Shown here: positions 36,658 to 51,300 of the stretch, one piece after another
Position numbering within the stretch: position 1 is the first letter of the stretch
How the letters are laid out: each line of letters begins with the position of its first letter
NCBI GenBank assembly: GCA_951406725.2
Contig: OX597821.1
Coordinates: forward strand, 113,646,001 to 113,710,000
Direction: 5' to 3'
DNA: 64,000 nucleotides
Origin: Octopus vulgaris
Lineage: Eukaryota
Program-made: the position numbers and the translations under genes
The notes under the pieces: generated by a model
Database searches by the model: none
Told to the model about the DNA's origin: nothing
What the model saw: the letters and a program-made list of their open reading frames with translations, nothing else

Positions 36658-38349
36658 CTAGGAAAACAAAACAGAAAACAAAAAATTCTTTTAATTTTAA
36701 TAAAATATATTCCTTTAATAATTCTATTTTTTGACACAAGGCCTGGCCAGCAATTTTAGGGGGTTGGGGTTCATTGATTACATCTTCACCAGTATTTGAG
36801 TGGTAATTTTTATCAATCTTGAAAGGATGAACAGCAAAGTCGACTTTGGCAGGATTTGAACTCAGAATGTAAACATCTGATTCTGCCAGCTCACCATCTA
36901 CTACTACTACTACTACTGACAAAGGAAGTGAAATAGAACCATTATGAGTATATTATTGGCATACTGACCCTCCCAAGGTACAACAAAATCTGTTTCAACA
37001 TACAAGTTCACATCAAGGATCTTGCAAATCAAATATAAAAATGAAATACTTGGCTATTAATCATACATAAAGGTTTTGCTTCATCATCCAGTTTCTCCTT
37101 TGAATTCCAGCAAAATCCTTCTTTAAATATTTCAATAAACTTATTTTTTATGTTTTACTTGGAGGAGTTTTTAGTAGAACGAATCCACCTCAATACTTTT
37201 CTTTTTAAGCCTGGTCTTTATTATTATTTCTTTATTACCCACAAGGGGCTAAACACAGAGGGGACAAACAAGGACAGATAAACGGATTAAGTCGATTACA
37301 TAGACTCCAGTGCACGACTGGTACTTAATTTATCGACCCCGAAAGGATGAAAGGCAAAGCCGACCTCGGTGGAATTTGAACTCAGAATGTAATGGCAGAT
37401 GAAATGCCTATTTCTTTACTACCCACGAGGGGCTAAACACAGAGAGGACAAACAAGGACAGACAAATGGATTAAGTCGATTATATCAATCCCAGTGCGTA
37501 ACTGGTACTTATTTAATCAATCCCAAAAGGATGAAAGGCAAAGTCGACCTCGATGGAATTTGAACTCAGAATGTAGCGGCAGACGGAATACCGCTAAGCA
37601 TTTTGCCTGACATGCTAACGTTTCTGCCAGCTTGCCACCTTATCTTTATTCGCGTGGTCTTTATTCTATCAGTCTCTATTGCCAAACTGGTAAGTTACAA
37701 AGATGTAGACAAACCAGCACCGGTGGTGAGACACACACACACACAATGGGCTTCTTTCAGTTTCCATCTACCAAATCCACTCACAAGGCTTTGTTCAGCC
37801 CAAGGCTATAGTAGAAGACACTTGCCAAGGTGCCATGCAGTGGGATTAAACCCAGAACCATGTGGTTGGTAAGCAAGTTACTTAACACAGCAACTCCTGT
37901 GCCTATTAATGAATTTTACTAATTAAAATTTCTAATTTTGGATATTCAAGAAAGCCTGTTGTTGCAACAGAGATGAAGGAATTTCACAAAGCAAAAAGAA
38001 AAACAAAATTTAACAAAATTTAAATAAAAAACTTAAAACTGACTCTATAATCGTATTTTGAATAAATTTTTTAAAAAATTGTGACTAAAACTGGCAAAAA
38101 AAGAATTCCACACTCTACCTGTTCTTCCTCTTAAACCAGGTTTGCCAATTCTACCAGTGCCAGTAAGACCTCTGTCACCCTTTTCTCCTCTGGGACCTGA
38201 AAGAGATAGGTGTGTGTAAATGATACAAATAAAGAAATAATTCAGACAGGAAGCGATAAGATTAGATGTATGTGTGTAAGAGAGAGGGGTGAGGAGGAGA
38301 GGAAAGGACAGAAGGGTATAGAGGGAGAGTGTAAGAAAGACATACAGAA

Positions 38350-38386
<37 letters not shown>

Positions 38387-39015
38387 GAGAGCCGATGTAT
38401 TTTTTTGAACATCCTTCTTGATGAAATTAAATTTAGATTTTCATTTCTTACCAGCACGCCCTAATGTACCCATGGGCCCTTGAAGACCTGGGATTCCTAC
38501 AAATCCTCGTTCACCTGGGGGTCCAGGAGCACCACGTTCACCTAAAAACATTTCAATGGAAAAATTAAACTTATTTAATTTAATAATAGATCTTACTCAT
38601 TGCAAATTCGGAAAAGAATGCATTTTTTAATGATAAAAGAGTTTTCTACACACAAAATCATAAATCGTAAATATGTAACATCTTACCTGGGGTACCCATC
38701 AATCCAGGAGGACCTGGTCGACCTCTTTTCCCTACACCCATTGGTCCTGGGGGTCCTTTAAGATCAGCTGTTAAGTCTTCAAGACGTTCTGTAATTTAAT
38801 GAATAATTGTTTATTTCCATAGAAAATATGTAATTAACATAATATAATTAATATAATTAACATAATATAATTGACATGTCATACATTCCTTAGATTGATA
38901 CATTCTTTGTCATTTACTTTTTTCAGTCATTGAACTGTGGCCATAATGGGGCACCGCTTTGAAAGGTTTTAATTGACCAAATTGACCCTAGTATATCATG
39001 TATATATATTTATAT

Positions 39016-39098
<83 letters not shown>

Positions 39099-42000
39099 TT
39101 ATTTCTTTTATTAAGGTTTTGTTGGAACCCCTTCACTTGGCTTGCTACCCACAGCCTACAGTACCATGCTATTTGTTCTTTTCAACTATCTAATTCTTTC
39201 TTGATGATACTGACCCTGCATTCCTTGCACTCCCCAGACCAAGAAAGCATTTGTGTCCTTAAACAAAATACTTCATTTCACAATACTCTCTATATGAGTA
39301 AAAAAAGATGTGTGTGTTTGTGTTTGACCCCCCCCCCCCATCATCACTTGACAACTGATGCTGGTGTGTTTATGTCCCCATAATTTAGCGCTACGGCAAA
39401 AGACACCGATAGAATAAGTACTAGGCTTACAAAGAATAAGTCCTGGGGTCGATTTGCTTGACTAAAGGCGCTGCTCCAGCATTGCTGCAGTCAAATGACT
39501 GAAACAAGTAAAAGAGTACAAAAGTATATGAGTAACCTTGTGACCGACTGGGACCCAATCCAGGGGAATGTTGTGATGTCAGTCACTTGTATGTCATGGA
39601 AACCAGGTAACCAGTCCTACAAGTCCTAGAATTTGAGTCAAAAATGTCCTGACCAACTGTTTTATCAATTTTTGGCTGATTCCTAGAATGATGTGTCTTG
39701 TTTTGGCTCATTATTAATCCAATTATTTATATTGCAATTAGTTATTTTAATAGTAGTGAGGGCATTAGGGCACAAAACTTGAGTTATGATTTTAATCTAA
39801 ACCTTCAGGCAACAAAATGAAATGAAAGTCTAAATTTGAAATATTTTTAGAAAGCAAAAATTTAGAAAATGCAGTTTTTGAAATACATAATTAATTTGAC
39901 CTTAGGAAAATTTCAAAACAAATTAGTAAATTGATATATAAATAAATATATAAATAGATGTTCTAAAGAAGATAACCAGAGATGAAATTATGGTAAGTTT
40001 CCTTATGACATTAAAATAATTGTCTTTTAATTGCTCACCTCTTAGAATTCGGTAAACAAGTTGACGTATCTCATTTTCTGCAATGCTTCGACCCTGAAAG
40101 AGAAGGAAATGTCAATTTTGTTGAAGACACTGTTGGTTTCAATGGCTTTTTGAGAGTTTTTCTTTCTTTTAGTTTTACCAAAGTCTGTTTATATCTCATT
40201 CCTTCACATTTAAACATGAGATACTTAAAAAAAAACCCAAAAAAACAGTTTCTCTTTTGCTTGTATATCAATTTCTTTTTTTAAAATGTTTTTATGACTT
40301 TAAATGTTTATCTGTTTGTTTGTTTCTAAATTTGTTTATGCAAATATATTCAAATATATTCAAATATAAAATCACAAAGGAGAACAGTGATGGTGGATCT
40401 CTGTCATTCTGCAACGAAGATCCAGTTGTCTGATCAACTGAACCATCTGCTCTTGAATTAACAAATAAGTGGCTAAGTATACCACAGACATATGTACATC
40501 ATCATCATAATCATTATCATCATTTAATATCCATTTTCCAAGTTGGCATGGATTGGATGGTTTGACAAGAGCTGGCAAGCCCAGGAGCCACACCAGGCTC
40601 CAATTGTCTGTTCCAGTATGGTTTCTATGATTGGATGCTCTTCCTGATGCTAACCACTTTACAGAGTGTACTGGGCACTTTATATGTGGCACCAGCACAA
40701 GAGCTTTTTTATGTGGCACCAGCACAAGAGCTTTTTTGTGTGGCACCAGCACAAGTGCTTTTTTATGTGGGGCTAGCACAAGTGTCTTTTACGTGTACCC
40801 TTAAAGTAATCCTCAGGCTGAATCAGCATGGCATAATATGCCTGACAAGGGGGTACTTTCTGAATCACAGGGGATTCTCTACAGTTTCTACCAAGCCAGT
40901 TTCACATACAAAATATGGATTGATCCAAGGCTGTTGAAAAGGATATTTGCCCAAGATGTATGCAGTGGAATTGAACTGAGACCTCATGGTTTTAGAACTA
41001 ACTTCTTAACTATTTGCCCATACTGCACCTACAGTGACAGAGTAAACTGTGTCTAAGTAGATATAATGCAAATCTGAAAGCTTTCATCCCTGTGCTTATA
41101 AGGCGTATGGGTGCATGCAAAGATGTTGACAATTGTGCTTATGTAAATGTTAGATTGAAGAGGATTAAGCCAATTCAAAGTGGATGTAATGTTTATGGAG
41201 AAAAACCCTTTATTACAAAAAGCAGAAGAGTTTGAGCTAGTCAGTTGCTTTATAGCTTTAATGAGTCCTAAGAATTTAATATAACTGAAATAAAGCAGAA
41301 CTTGTTGAGAAGTAAATTGTTTAATTAATGAATTAGTTTTGGAGAATGTTTTTAAGAATCAGAGTAAAACCACATTGTAAAAAAATTCTAAAAAATGATA
41401 AGAAGGTGGAAAAAGAAAAACTTACAGAAATGTTTCGGGATGTCTCAAGAGGTACATTGTAAAGAATTTGTGAATTACATTTTAGAATTAATCTTTTTAT
41501 CCCTTTTGATACCAATCTGCTCGAAACAGAATCTAGTTCTATAATATAAGTTCCCCATTTTAATATGATTTTAATTAAAGACTTCCATCAAAATTCCCTG
41601 TTAATTTATGTTTCAAACACCAGTTTAATAACAGCAAAATTACTACACTGAATTCTTTACTATTTGCAAAAATTAACTAGCAGTACCCATGGAAATACCA
41701 TGCTACAGTTTATGGTAGAGTGTCAGCCATAAGCATATCACTCACTCTGTCATAATATCCTTTTATATCTTTCATAATCTTTTGATTAATTTCTGAGAAA
41801 TCTTGTCAATTCTCACCAATCACATTTTTTCTTCTAACCAGTTTTCTTATTCTGGCTGCTACAAAATATTCTTGTCTCTCATCATCGTTCATATTTTGCA
41901 TTCTCTCTCTATATTTTTCATTCTCTCCCTTTTAGCTTCAGCTTTGCTGTTTATCACACGACACCTTCTAGTTCCGTTCCTTGCATTATTAATTCCATTC

Positions 42001-43955
42001 CTTTCCTTCTGAGTTTATACGTTTTCATCACTCTTAATTCTCTTCTCTCTATTCCTAACTTCTATTTCTTGTCTTCACTCTTCCTCTTAATCTTTCCCTA
42101 CCTCCTTCGTTTCAGCTCTCACAGTCGTGCCCCACGATCACTGTTCACAGTAACACACCAAACTGCGTTTTGGTAATAAAATATTTAAGAAGTATTTGAT
42201 ATTATAAAATTGGCACACAAACGCATTCTCACACATATAAACGTTAATGGCGTGTAAACATATACTTTTCTACTCTAGGTACGAGGCCCGAAAGGTGGGC
42301 GGGGGTAGTCGATTAGATCGATCCCAGTACGCAACTGGTACTTAATTTATCGACCCTGAAAGGATGAAAGGCAAAGTCGACCTCGGCGTGAAGGCATATA
42401 CTCACACCCTGAATCTTACACATATACACACGCGCGCACACACGCACTCATACACATACACACACACACACCTATTTGTCATCTGTGTGTTTGAATGTTT
42501 GCGTGTACCAACACCGTTCATATGTGCGCATGTATGTATGTACGCGACTGTAGCATTAATTTAAATCCATCTCCCCACCCCTCTCTCTATCGCACACATA
42601 CACATACACGCACACATACTTTTACTATCTCTTCTCCACATCGCGACAGAGTTTTTACACCACAGGAATCTATCATTAGCGCTTTAATAGATTGAAACAA
42701 AGGCAGTGTATTTCAACAGAAATGTGGTAAGAAAAGGGTTAACTGAGATTTAGAAGAATCATAAGATTATTAGTGCTAAGCGATTAATTTGCACATTGAC
42801 AAATTCTAGGTCAGTGTTTTTCGACAATGATATTTTCATGTTAATATCTCGAGGCTTAATAAAGTTTATACGTTACTCGGCGTTTATCGCTTATTTTTTA
42901 ATGGAATCTATAATCTATGAAAAAAATATATAAATTATTATGACGATTAAAGAAGCCATTCCAGATGTTAATGATTGAAGAATGATTTGAGAAATGATTG
43001 ATGAAAAAGCAAGTTGAAATGTAATTGTTAATATTGCATTAAATAGTTAAATAAATACAATATTTTCTGACAAACCGGTAGTCCTGGCATGCCAGGCATT
43101 CCTGTTTGTCCCCGAAGTCCTCTTGGTCCAGTAACACCTGCAGGTCCTGGCATTCCTGGTATACCAGGGGGTCCTTGGGGTCCTGTAGGCCCAGACTCAC
43201 CAGTAGCTCCTCTCTCACCAGGCTTTGAACAGGAAAAATAAAAGAACACTTTTTAATTAGACAACTGAAAACACAGTTTTTACAAACTTCTTGATTTAAA
43301 AAAAAACGTATTTACGATGGATACGTCTGCATTCTTGAAGACTCAAGAGCAACACAAACAACAAGAAAGAAAAAAAAAGCACACACATACAAGCATTATA
43401 ATAGATTTATATTATCAATATTACCATTTTCCTTCATTCAAAATTTGTACTCTTTCATCACTATTCATTCGTTCGTTTTACATCAGTTTTTCCATGACAG
43501 CATGGGTTAGATCAGTGTTTCCCAAAATGGGCAATGCCACCCTCTATGGGCGCAGAAAGCAAAGTGGGCTATAGGGGTATATACGAAGCACAAAGAATAC
43601 GTACCTGAGTTTGGCCAAAGCTAAAACCACGGGCTGATGTATTTTGGTCTGATATTACGTGTGTGAACATTTAAAAAGGAGTTGGGCGCTGGATCATTGC
43701 AAGGAGGGGTTTGCAAAAGGAAAAGTTTGAAAAGCACTGGGTTAGATGAATATATTACTGAAAGTATTGGCTTCCAGCTGGATGCAATTTCTGTCACTAA
43801 TCCTTACCTGTTTTTCAAGTAAGGGACCTCTTATTTCATGTGGCTTCATTTTCAAAGGTATGATGTCTGCGGATGATTTGTTCACAAGTGACAACAGCAC
43901 TGCTCGTAGCTTATGACTTTTGTGGAATGCAAATGCACACACACACGCACATATG

Positions 43956-44032
<77 letters not shown>

Positions 44033-44971
44033 ACACACTCAAACGTATATAAACATGAAAAGCTTCCGATAGTTTTCATCTACCAAAACCACTACTAAGT
44101 CTTTGGTTAGCATAGAGCTATAGTAGAAGATACTTAACCAAGATGCCCTGCAGTGAACTGAACCCACAACCACGCGATTGGAAAACGAATTTCTTAACCA
44201 TACAGCCATAAGAAACCAAGGTTAAAAGCAAATAACTTACCATTCCAGCGGGGCCATTTTGTCCAGGCTGACCCTAAAACGATAAAACAAAGGCAAGAAA
44301 GGTTAATCTATTCGATATTATCAACCATGTAATCGATTTCGTATTGATTTTATCTCGATATTCATTCACGTATAATATTACTTCTATCTTTTTAGTTAGG
44401 GGACCTTCAAGACTGGGTGGGGTGCGGTGGGAGGGAAGAAGGTATCTTCAAACTAGAAAGCGGACTCGTTTGTGTATCAGAAAAATACCTTGTGGTATTT
44501 GTTTCGGCTTTTAACGTTCTCAGTTCAAATCGTTCCAAGGTTAAATTTGCACTTCACCCTACCGAGGTCGATGAATTAAAGTACTAGTAAGCACTAGAGT
44601 CGATGTAATCGGCCGGCCAGCCCTTAAAATCTTGGTCTTGTTTTCAAATTAGTAAAACATCTTAAGGATTGCGACTCCAAAAAAAAAAAAAAGGCATTCA
44701 AAGGGCCAGGGAGTGATGGATTTGATCTAGCATCGAAGTAGGCCATGGTGAGATTTGAACTCACTACAGAAAAAGCTGGAACAAATACCACAAGATATCT
44801 GGTACCATGTCCGTACAGTTCTACTAATCCATCATCTTGGACCGCTACTTTTTTATTGACCCTGAAAGGCTGAAAGACAAAGTCGACTTCGGTAGGATCT
44901 GAACCCAAAGTGCAGGAAGTCAAAACAAATGCTAACACATAGCGTTGATACACATACATACATACATATAT

Positions 44972-45002
<31 letters not shown>

Positions 45003-45043
45003 TACATACATACATATATACATACATACACACACACACACAC

Positions 45044-45074
<31 letters not shown>

Positions 45075-45325
45075 TATCGTGCTGTTATGTTAAACTGTCG
45101 GATGTCCAAATTTGGCCAAATGAGTCTTTTTCAGTATTTATTTTTGTTTGCAATAGCCTGTTCTTTTGGTCAAACTATTGTATCTCCAGCTGCTTCAGAT
45201 GCTAAGATATCAAAAAAATTATCAAAGTGTAGTACAACAGCTTTGCTATGGATTGGTGAAAATATTTTTTTCGCTTTCTGAAAAAAACAACGTTTTGGAC
45301 TTACGACACTTTTACATAACAACAA

Positions 45326-45393
<68 letters not shown>

Positions 45394-45504
45394 TGTGTGT
45401 TTGCATACATGTATGTATGCGTGTATATATATGTATGCATATATATATATGCATGTATGCACATATGTATATATGCATATATATATATGCATGTATGCAC
45501 ACAC

Positions 45505-45575
<71 letters not shown>

Positions 45576-48500
45576 CAGTTGAGGAGAGAGTGCATTTTTG
45601 TTGAAAATCGTAAAATCCTGTTTCCATCATAATTAAATCTGTGTTAATTATAAAATAGTGAGAATTTACCAATAAAAAAACAAAACAAAAGACGAAGACG
45701 TGTGTGTGAACAGCAAACAGATGTATTAGTTTAACGCTCGGGAAGTGAGAAAGTCTTTTACATTTCGAGCCTACGCTCTTCGACAGAAATGAACACAGAA
45801 ATAAACAGGGAGAGAAAATAGAAAAAGGTTTAGTGGCTAGCGATCTATCATGGCGAATGCCGGACATGACTGAATGCCTCGTTTACAGATTCCATATTGA
45901 AAGAAGCTTTAACAGGAATTTTTTGACAACTAATTGATGATGTAATTAATCGTATTGTTTACATAATGGTTACTAATTACCTGGGGTCCGTAAGCCATTG
46001 ATGCGCCATCTGATCCTGAAACACCTAATGTATCTCCCTAAAAATGAAAAGAAAAGATCAACAATTATTATAACTTTTGAGAAAGTGTGACATATCTATG
46101 TATTACATATATTATATATTACATATAGGTATTACATATTGAGAAATCAACAAATGACATGTTTAATTCTATAGATTTGACTTTTCCTTCTTTACAGAAC
46201 TTTTCCGTTTAAAAGGATAGAAAAAGAAAACTTCCGTGGAGCAAAATGTTAGCTTGATATCATGGCACTCCGTCGGTTACGACGACGAGGGTTCCAGTTG
46301 ATCCGATCAGCCTCGGGGATATTCAGCGTGACACAGGGCGTGACAAGGCTGGCCCTTTCAAATTACAGTTACAATAGAAATAGGAAGAAAGAGTGAGAGA
46401 AAGTTGCGGTGAGAGTACAGCAGGGATCGCCACCAGCCCCTGCCGGAGCCTCGGGGAGCTTTAGGTGTTTTCGCTCAATAAACACTCACAACGCCCGGTC
46501 TGGGAATCGAAACTGTGGTCCCACAACTGCGAGTCTGCTGCCCTAACCACTGGGCCATTGTGCCTCCACGTTAGCATGATAATCCACGATGTAACGATTA
46601 GATGAACTTTTTATCCCTGTATCTCTCCTCTTTTGCTTGCATTTTAGAAAGTAATTTGCTGGATTTTGTAATTATAAGTAGGATGGCATACAAACATGCT
46701 TCCCCCGTGAAACAGAACAGTAACAATTAAATCAACTTACACGGTCTCCTTGTGGTCCTACCGGCCCGGGAGGTCCCTGGAAATACACAAAATTTCAAAC
46801 AATTACCATTAAAATAGAATGTGTAAACTTTAATAAATCATTCATGATTTTTTAAGCTTCATTTGTTTTTTTGTCAAAGACGAAGGAAACAGAAAGCAAA
46901 TGATGTATGGACTTTAATTCTAGCGGCACCACAAATGGTTTTTGTATGACAAATTATTGCACTTCTCTATCACAATAGACGTAAATATAATAATAATAAT
47001 AATAAACCTACTAATATTGAGCTGAATTGAATAAATAATTTGTATTGAACTCAGGCACTAATTTTTCTTGGTCATTATTTTGCCTTGTTCAGAGCGGGGA
47101 GTATGTACTCTAAAAAATGGTCTGTGATTATTTTAAGAACTTGTTCTTCATGTAAAATACAAAGAATGAATTTTTGAGAAAGGGCGCTACATAAATATAA
47201 TAAAGTCCGAGGAAACGGGTCCTGACACCAGACGGGGAGACAGCCTCGGGATGTGACGTACCTCTTCCACTCCCCAACGGCATTGGAACTTGACGAAACA
47301 CACGGATTTAAAAGATGTTTAAGCTTCAAGAGGAAAACCTAACTACTTCGAAGGTTTTAAGTATTCACACCCAATGGTGGTAATGTTCTCGTCATATTTC
47401 TAAGTTGATCCACAAAAGGCTCGGCATAAACTACCGCTAATTGTAACTGAACGCGGGCGTTGCTACTACTGAGTGCAGTGCAATAATTTCATTAATATTT
47501 TATCTGTTACAATCATCTCTTTGCAAATAGGTTTACTCTGATTTTAAAACAGATTCTATTTACGATGAAATATTTTTTTTTACGTGAAATGGAATTGCCT
47601 GTTAGAATAAAACCGTGTCTGCCTTGAATTCTAAGATCAATTTTTTTTCCCTACAAAATATAAAACAAAAATTTGAGAATGCAAGGAAGCTTCTTTTTCA
47701 TCAGAAGCTAAAGGATTCTTTTCTACTCTAGGCACAAGGCCCGAAATTTTTGGGCAGGGAGCCAGTCGATTAGATCGACTCCAGTACGCAACTGGTACTT
47801 TATTTATCGACCTCGAAAGAATGAAAAGCAAAGTTGACCTCGGCGGAATTTGAATTCGGAGGTAAAAGGATTTTTACAGTCCTGATATTTTCGACCATTA
47901 ATTTAATACAAATTTATCAAATTATAAAGATATATAATCTATAAAATACTAAGATGAAAGATTATGTACCAGATGATGGACACGGCTGACATTATCTTGT
48001 CTTGCGGAATTTAAAAATAAACTTTTAATTTACATCCGCCCACATAAAACGTAAATGCAGTCAAAGGAAGGTCGGTGCCCCAGCATAACCGCAGTCTAAT
48101 GACTGAAGCAAGCAAAAGAAAAAAATATATAAAAGAGGAATTAGCAGAAATTATGCGTTGTCTGGAATGTAGCAGGAGTGAATCCAGAAACCTTAGTATC
48201 TGGTGATGCATCAGTGCTAGTAATATTAAGTAATGATAAAGCGGCGAGCTGGCAGAATCGTTAGTACGCCGGGCGAAATGCGTAGCCGTATTTCGTTTGC
48301 CGTTACGTTCTGAGTTCAAATTCTGCCGAGGTCGACTTTGCCTTTCATCCTTTCGGGGTCGATTAAATAAGTACCAGTTACGCACTGGTGTCGATATAAT
48401 AGACTTAATCCGTTTGTCTGTCCTTGTTCGTCCTCTCTGTGTTTAGCACCTTGTGGGCAGTAAAGAAATAGGTATTTCATCTGCCGCTACGTTCTGAGTT

Positions 48501-48935
48501 CAAATTCCACCGAACGACCTGCACAACTGATTTGTTTATAGTGAATAAATGTATGTGCTGTACATCTCCTCACTTCCTTTACCAAATCGATATTGTCTGA
48601 ACAGGTGCACGATGTCCCACGCGTCAGGTATTGATGTGAGCGTAGAGCAATGCGAGATGAAGTGTTTCGCTCAAGAACACAACGCACCGCCCGGTCTATG
48701 AATTGAAACCTCGATCTCGCGACCGTGAGGGCAACATCCTTACCATTAGGCAATAATAATAATAATAATAATAATCTGTTTTAGACTCGAGCTGTAAATT
48801 AAATGAAATATTTGATGATATAAAGAAAGTAGTTTAAAGTTGGATTTGTCATTGAATACTTACAGGTGGTCCAGGGACACCTGGTAGGCCAACAGGTCCC
48901 ATTATACCCGATTGTCCTGGTGGACCAATTATGCC
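36461..48935 (-). CDS. FACIT-like (collagen IX/XXI/XXII-like) collagen alpha chain, 3' ten coding exons; 5' part not found in window
   Basis: Ten GT-AG exons splice in frame to Gly-X-Y repeats, a short non-collagenous linker ([29 protein letters not shown]), a ~120-aa terminal triple helix with G-X-G imperfections and a tail GPPGYCEYC...NAIKGP-stop. Confidence 0.9.
38119..38196 (-). CDS. collagen exon, 78 nt
   Basis: ttcag|GT...G|gtagag; [26 protein letters not shown]. Confidence 0.93.
38452..38541 (-). CDS. collagen exon, 90 nt
   Basis: tttag|GT...G|gtaaga; [30 protein letters not shown]. Confidence 0.93.
38687..38788 (-). CDS. collagen exon, 102 nt
   Basis: tacag|AA...G|gtaaga; [34 protein letters not shown]. 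Confidence 0.93.
40039..40093 (-). CDS. collagen exon, 55 nt, NC2-like linker
   Basis: ttcag|GGT...G|gtgagc; [18 protein letters not shown]; converts phase 0 to phase 1 as the next exon requires. Confidence 0.88.
41501..42738. mobile_element. piggyBac-like MITE interrupted by a Helitron
   Basis: CCCTTTT...AAAAGGG termini; TTAA on right, TTAT on left. Confidence 0.6.
41677..42691 (-). mobile_element. non-autonomous Helitron, itself carrying a SINE fragment
   Basis: On minus starts TC, ends hairpin catgg/ccatg + CTAG, inserted between A and T. Confidence 0.65.
43076..43222 (-). CDS. collagen exon, 147 nt
   Basis: tcaaag|CCT...CCG|gtttgt; P followed by 16 perfect Gly-X-Y triplets. Confidence 0.93.
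44241..44273 (-). CDS. collagen exon, 33 nt
   Basis: tttag|GGT...ATG|gtaagt; [11 protein letters not shown]; last triplet completed by Pro starting the next exon. Confidence 0.92.
45755..45790 (-). ncRNA. degenerate hammerhead-like motif in a TA-adjacent repeat (~45590-45870)
   Basis: Minus: UUU-CUGUCGA-A-GAGC/GCUC-GAAA-UG-UA-AAA; core deviates at position 6. Confidence 0.45.
45981..46037 (-). CDS. collagen exon, 57 nt, with helix interruption
   Basis: tttag|GGA...CAG|gtaatt; [19 protein letters not shown]. Confidence 0.85.
46741..46776 (-). CDS. collagen exon, 36 nt
   Basis: tccag|GGA...CGT|gtaagt; [12 protein letters not shown]. Confidence 0.92.
48864..48935 (-). CDS. collagen exon, 72 nt
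   Basis: ttcag|GGC...CCT|gtaagt; [24 protein letters not shown]; phase 0/0. Confidence 0.93.
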
Positions 48936-50692
48936 CTGAAATTGTAAAAGAAAAAGAGAAAGGGAATTCAATAACGTTGATTGATAATTTTAAATATTTA
49001 TTCAACAGTTTTGGAATACAATACAACATTAAAAAGATAAATTTATCGTCTATAGTCGCCCTTTCTGTTGCTGGTTTCGTTGTCCTAAACGAACAGGAAT
49101 AATGGAGTAGAATACAACATAAAGAAGAAAAGTTTATCGTCTGCAATCACCCTTTCTACTGTTGGTGTTTGTTTGTTTGCTGAGCGAAGCGGTCTTCGTC
49201 CCAGAGTGGGAGAAGTCCGAAACGTGGTCCTTCGCTATTCGTAAGACCTGCAGAAGAGAAAGCAGGTCAACCCCCGACACCGAGAGCATCGACGGATGGA
49301 TGAATGTGCATCCAGGCTCAGCGGTTGCGTAGGAAGTCGGGGACAAGAAACAGGAAGAAAGAGTGAGAGAAAGTTGTAGCGAAAGAGTTCAACAAGAGTG
49401 GCCCCCCCCCTGTGGAGCTTTTAGGTGTTTTCTCTCAATAAACACACACAACGCCCGGTCTGGGAATCGAAACCGCGATCCTCCAACCGCGAGTCCGCTG
49501 CCCTAACCACTGGGCCATAGCGTCCCCAGTTGCTGTTGGTGTGTTGCCTTAAATGAACAGGAATACCAGAATAGAATACATTAGTAAGATAACTTTTAGG
49601 TCTGCAGTCGTCCTCTTCACCGTTGGTCTCATCGCTCTAAACGAAGAGAAACGATGTATAGAAGTGATAACACATTGCGTCTTGTAGGGGCTCGAAGCAA
49701 CCTCACTATTGTTGTGTAAGTTTGGAAAGAATAATAATTTGATTTCAGTACAACAAAGCGTTTATGCTAGACGTAGCTCGGCACAATGAGGACATGCCCC
49801 ACACAACTCCGGAGATCTAAAAAGCTGCAATTTTTGAACTCTGAACCACAATAAATATCGCAAGTATGAGAGAAGTAGTTCTTTAAACTTCTAGTTTTCC
49901 ACTTGCTTTTGAGGAACTAGTGCCGGCGGTCAATTATTATACAAGAAAGGGTTCCATCTGACTTTGGAGCTCTAGTATTGTAAGCAACGAAGGTCCTGTT
50001 TCCACAAGAAGGCCAATAATACGAGGCAAACTTCGAACTCAGACCACACAGAGTTGAAATCGATACCGCAAGGTATACCAGCCATGCTCTACCATCTTGA
50101 GCCGACATTTATCGTCCTTGAACAGATGAAAGAAAAACTTGACCTCAGTGAGGTTTGAACGCAGAACACAGAGTTGGAGCGTTCTTTGGATTCTCTAACA
50201 AGTCTGCCAATTCGCCGCCCAATTAAATAATTTTTAAATCAGCACGAAACAGGAAACGATAAAAAAAATTGGCATACGCATAATTTGTGTGTGTGTGTGT
50301 GTGTCCCCAGTATGATCTAATAATGCTTGACAGCAGGGTTGCAAGTTTGGGCTAAAGGTAGTTGATTGCGTTGCTTGTGGGTTGCTTGCCATCACAATTT
50401 TAATTTTTAAAGGTAAGCATCTTATTGAATTATATTTAATTACCGTCAAAATAAATTAGAACAAACCGACAAGTAAATTTTGTCTGTCTGTTTGTCTGTC
50501 AGAGTACGTGCTTATACTTTTAGAAAGAAAAAAATCTGACAGTGACTTCTCATCATATATTTCTTAATTTGCAAGCAATATTTTCAATCTAGACTACTTC
50601 ATTATACACACCACTAATTTTTGAAAATTCTGTGCTATTTTTTTATGAAACTGATCTGGTTAAGTTTACACAACAGGATTTGAGAGAAGAGA

Positions 50693-50752
<60 letters not shown>

Positions 50753-51174
50753 GATAGATAGAGAGAGAGATATAGAGAGAGCGCAAGTGGTGCACGTGGA
50801 ATGCAATCAATGGTTTACTAGGTTTTTGCAGCAGTAAATAAAATTAAATGTTACACATTGACGATGTTATTTAATCCCAGGTCAGCACTGGTTGCTCAAA
50901 TCTATGATCAAAAGCATCAATGTTCTCTGCTTAGTGTTGCGTTTCATATCCAGTGCTGTTCCCCAATCGGTAAGGGAAGTTAGTTGAGTGTTGCTTTCGC
51001 CAAACGTATTAAGTAACTGCAATTGGAACTCATTCTTGGCTTGTGGACATTATTCCCAACAGAGTACTGCTTTTATTTCTTTTACTGAGGTGTTGGCTTA
51101 TCAAAAGGATGCTACAACACACACACACACACACATACACACACAAACACCCACATATGCATACAGGGTTTCTC

Positions 51175-51300
51175 AAGAAATTCGACATCATCAACCTCAA
51201 ATTCGTCAATGTCAACCTCAAATTCGTCACCGTCAGCCTCATTTTCGTAATTGTCAGTCATCATTGCGTCGTCATCTACCTCGATTTCGTCATCGTTGAC
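51175..51300. repeat. degenerate 21-bp tandem repeat
   Basis: Units like CTCAAATTCGTCAATGTCAAC, ~5-6 copies. Confidence 0.7.

Noticed and set aside
40680-40790. Regular ~27-bp repeats resembling a CRISPR array (also 690-900)
   Set aside because: Tandem units without unique spacers, internal to a SINE family; eukaryotic context, no cas genes
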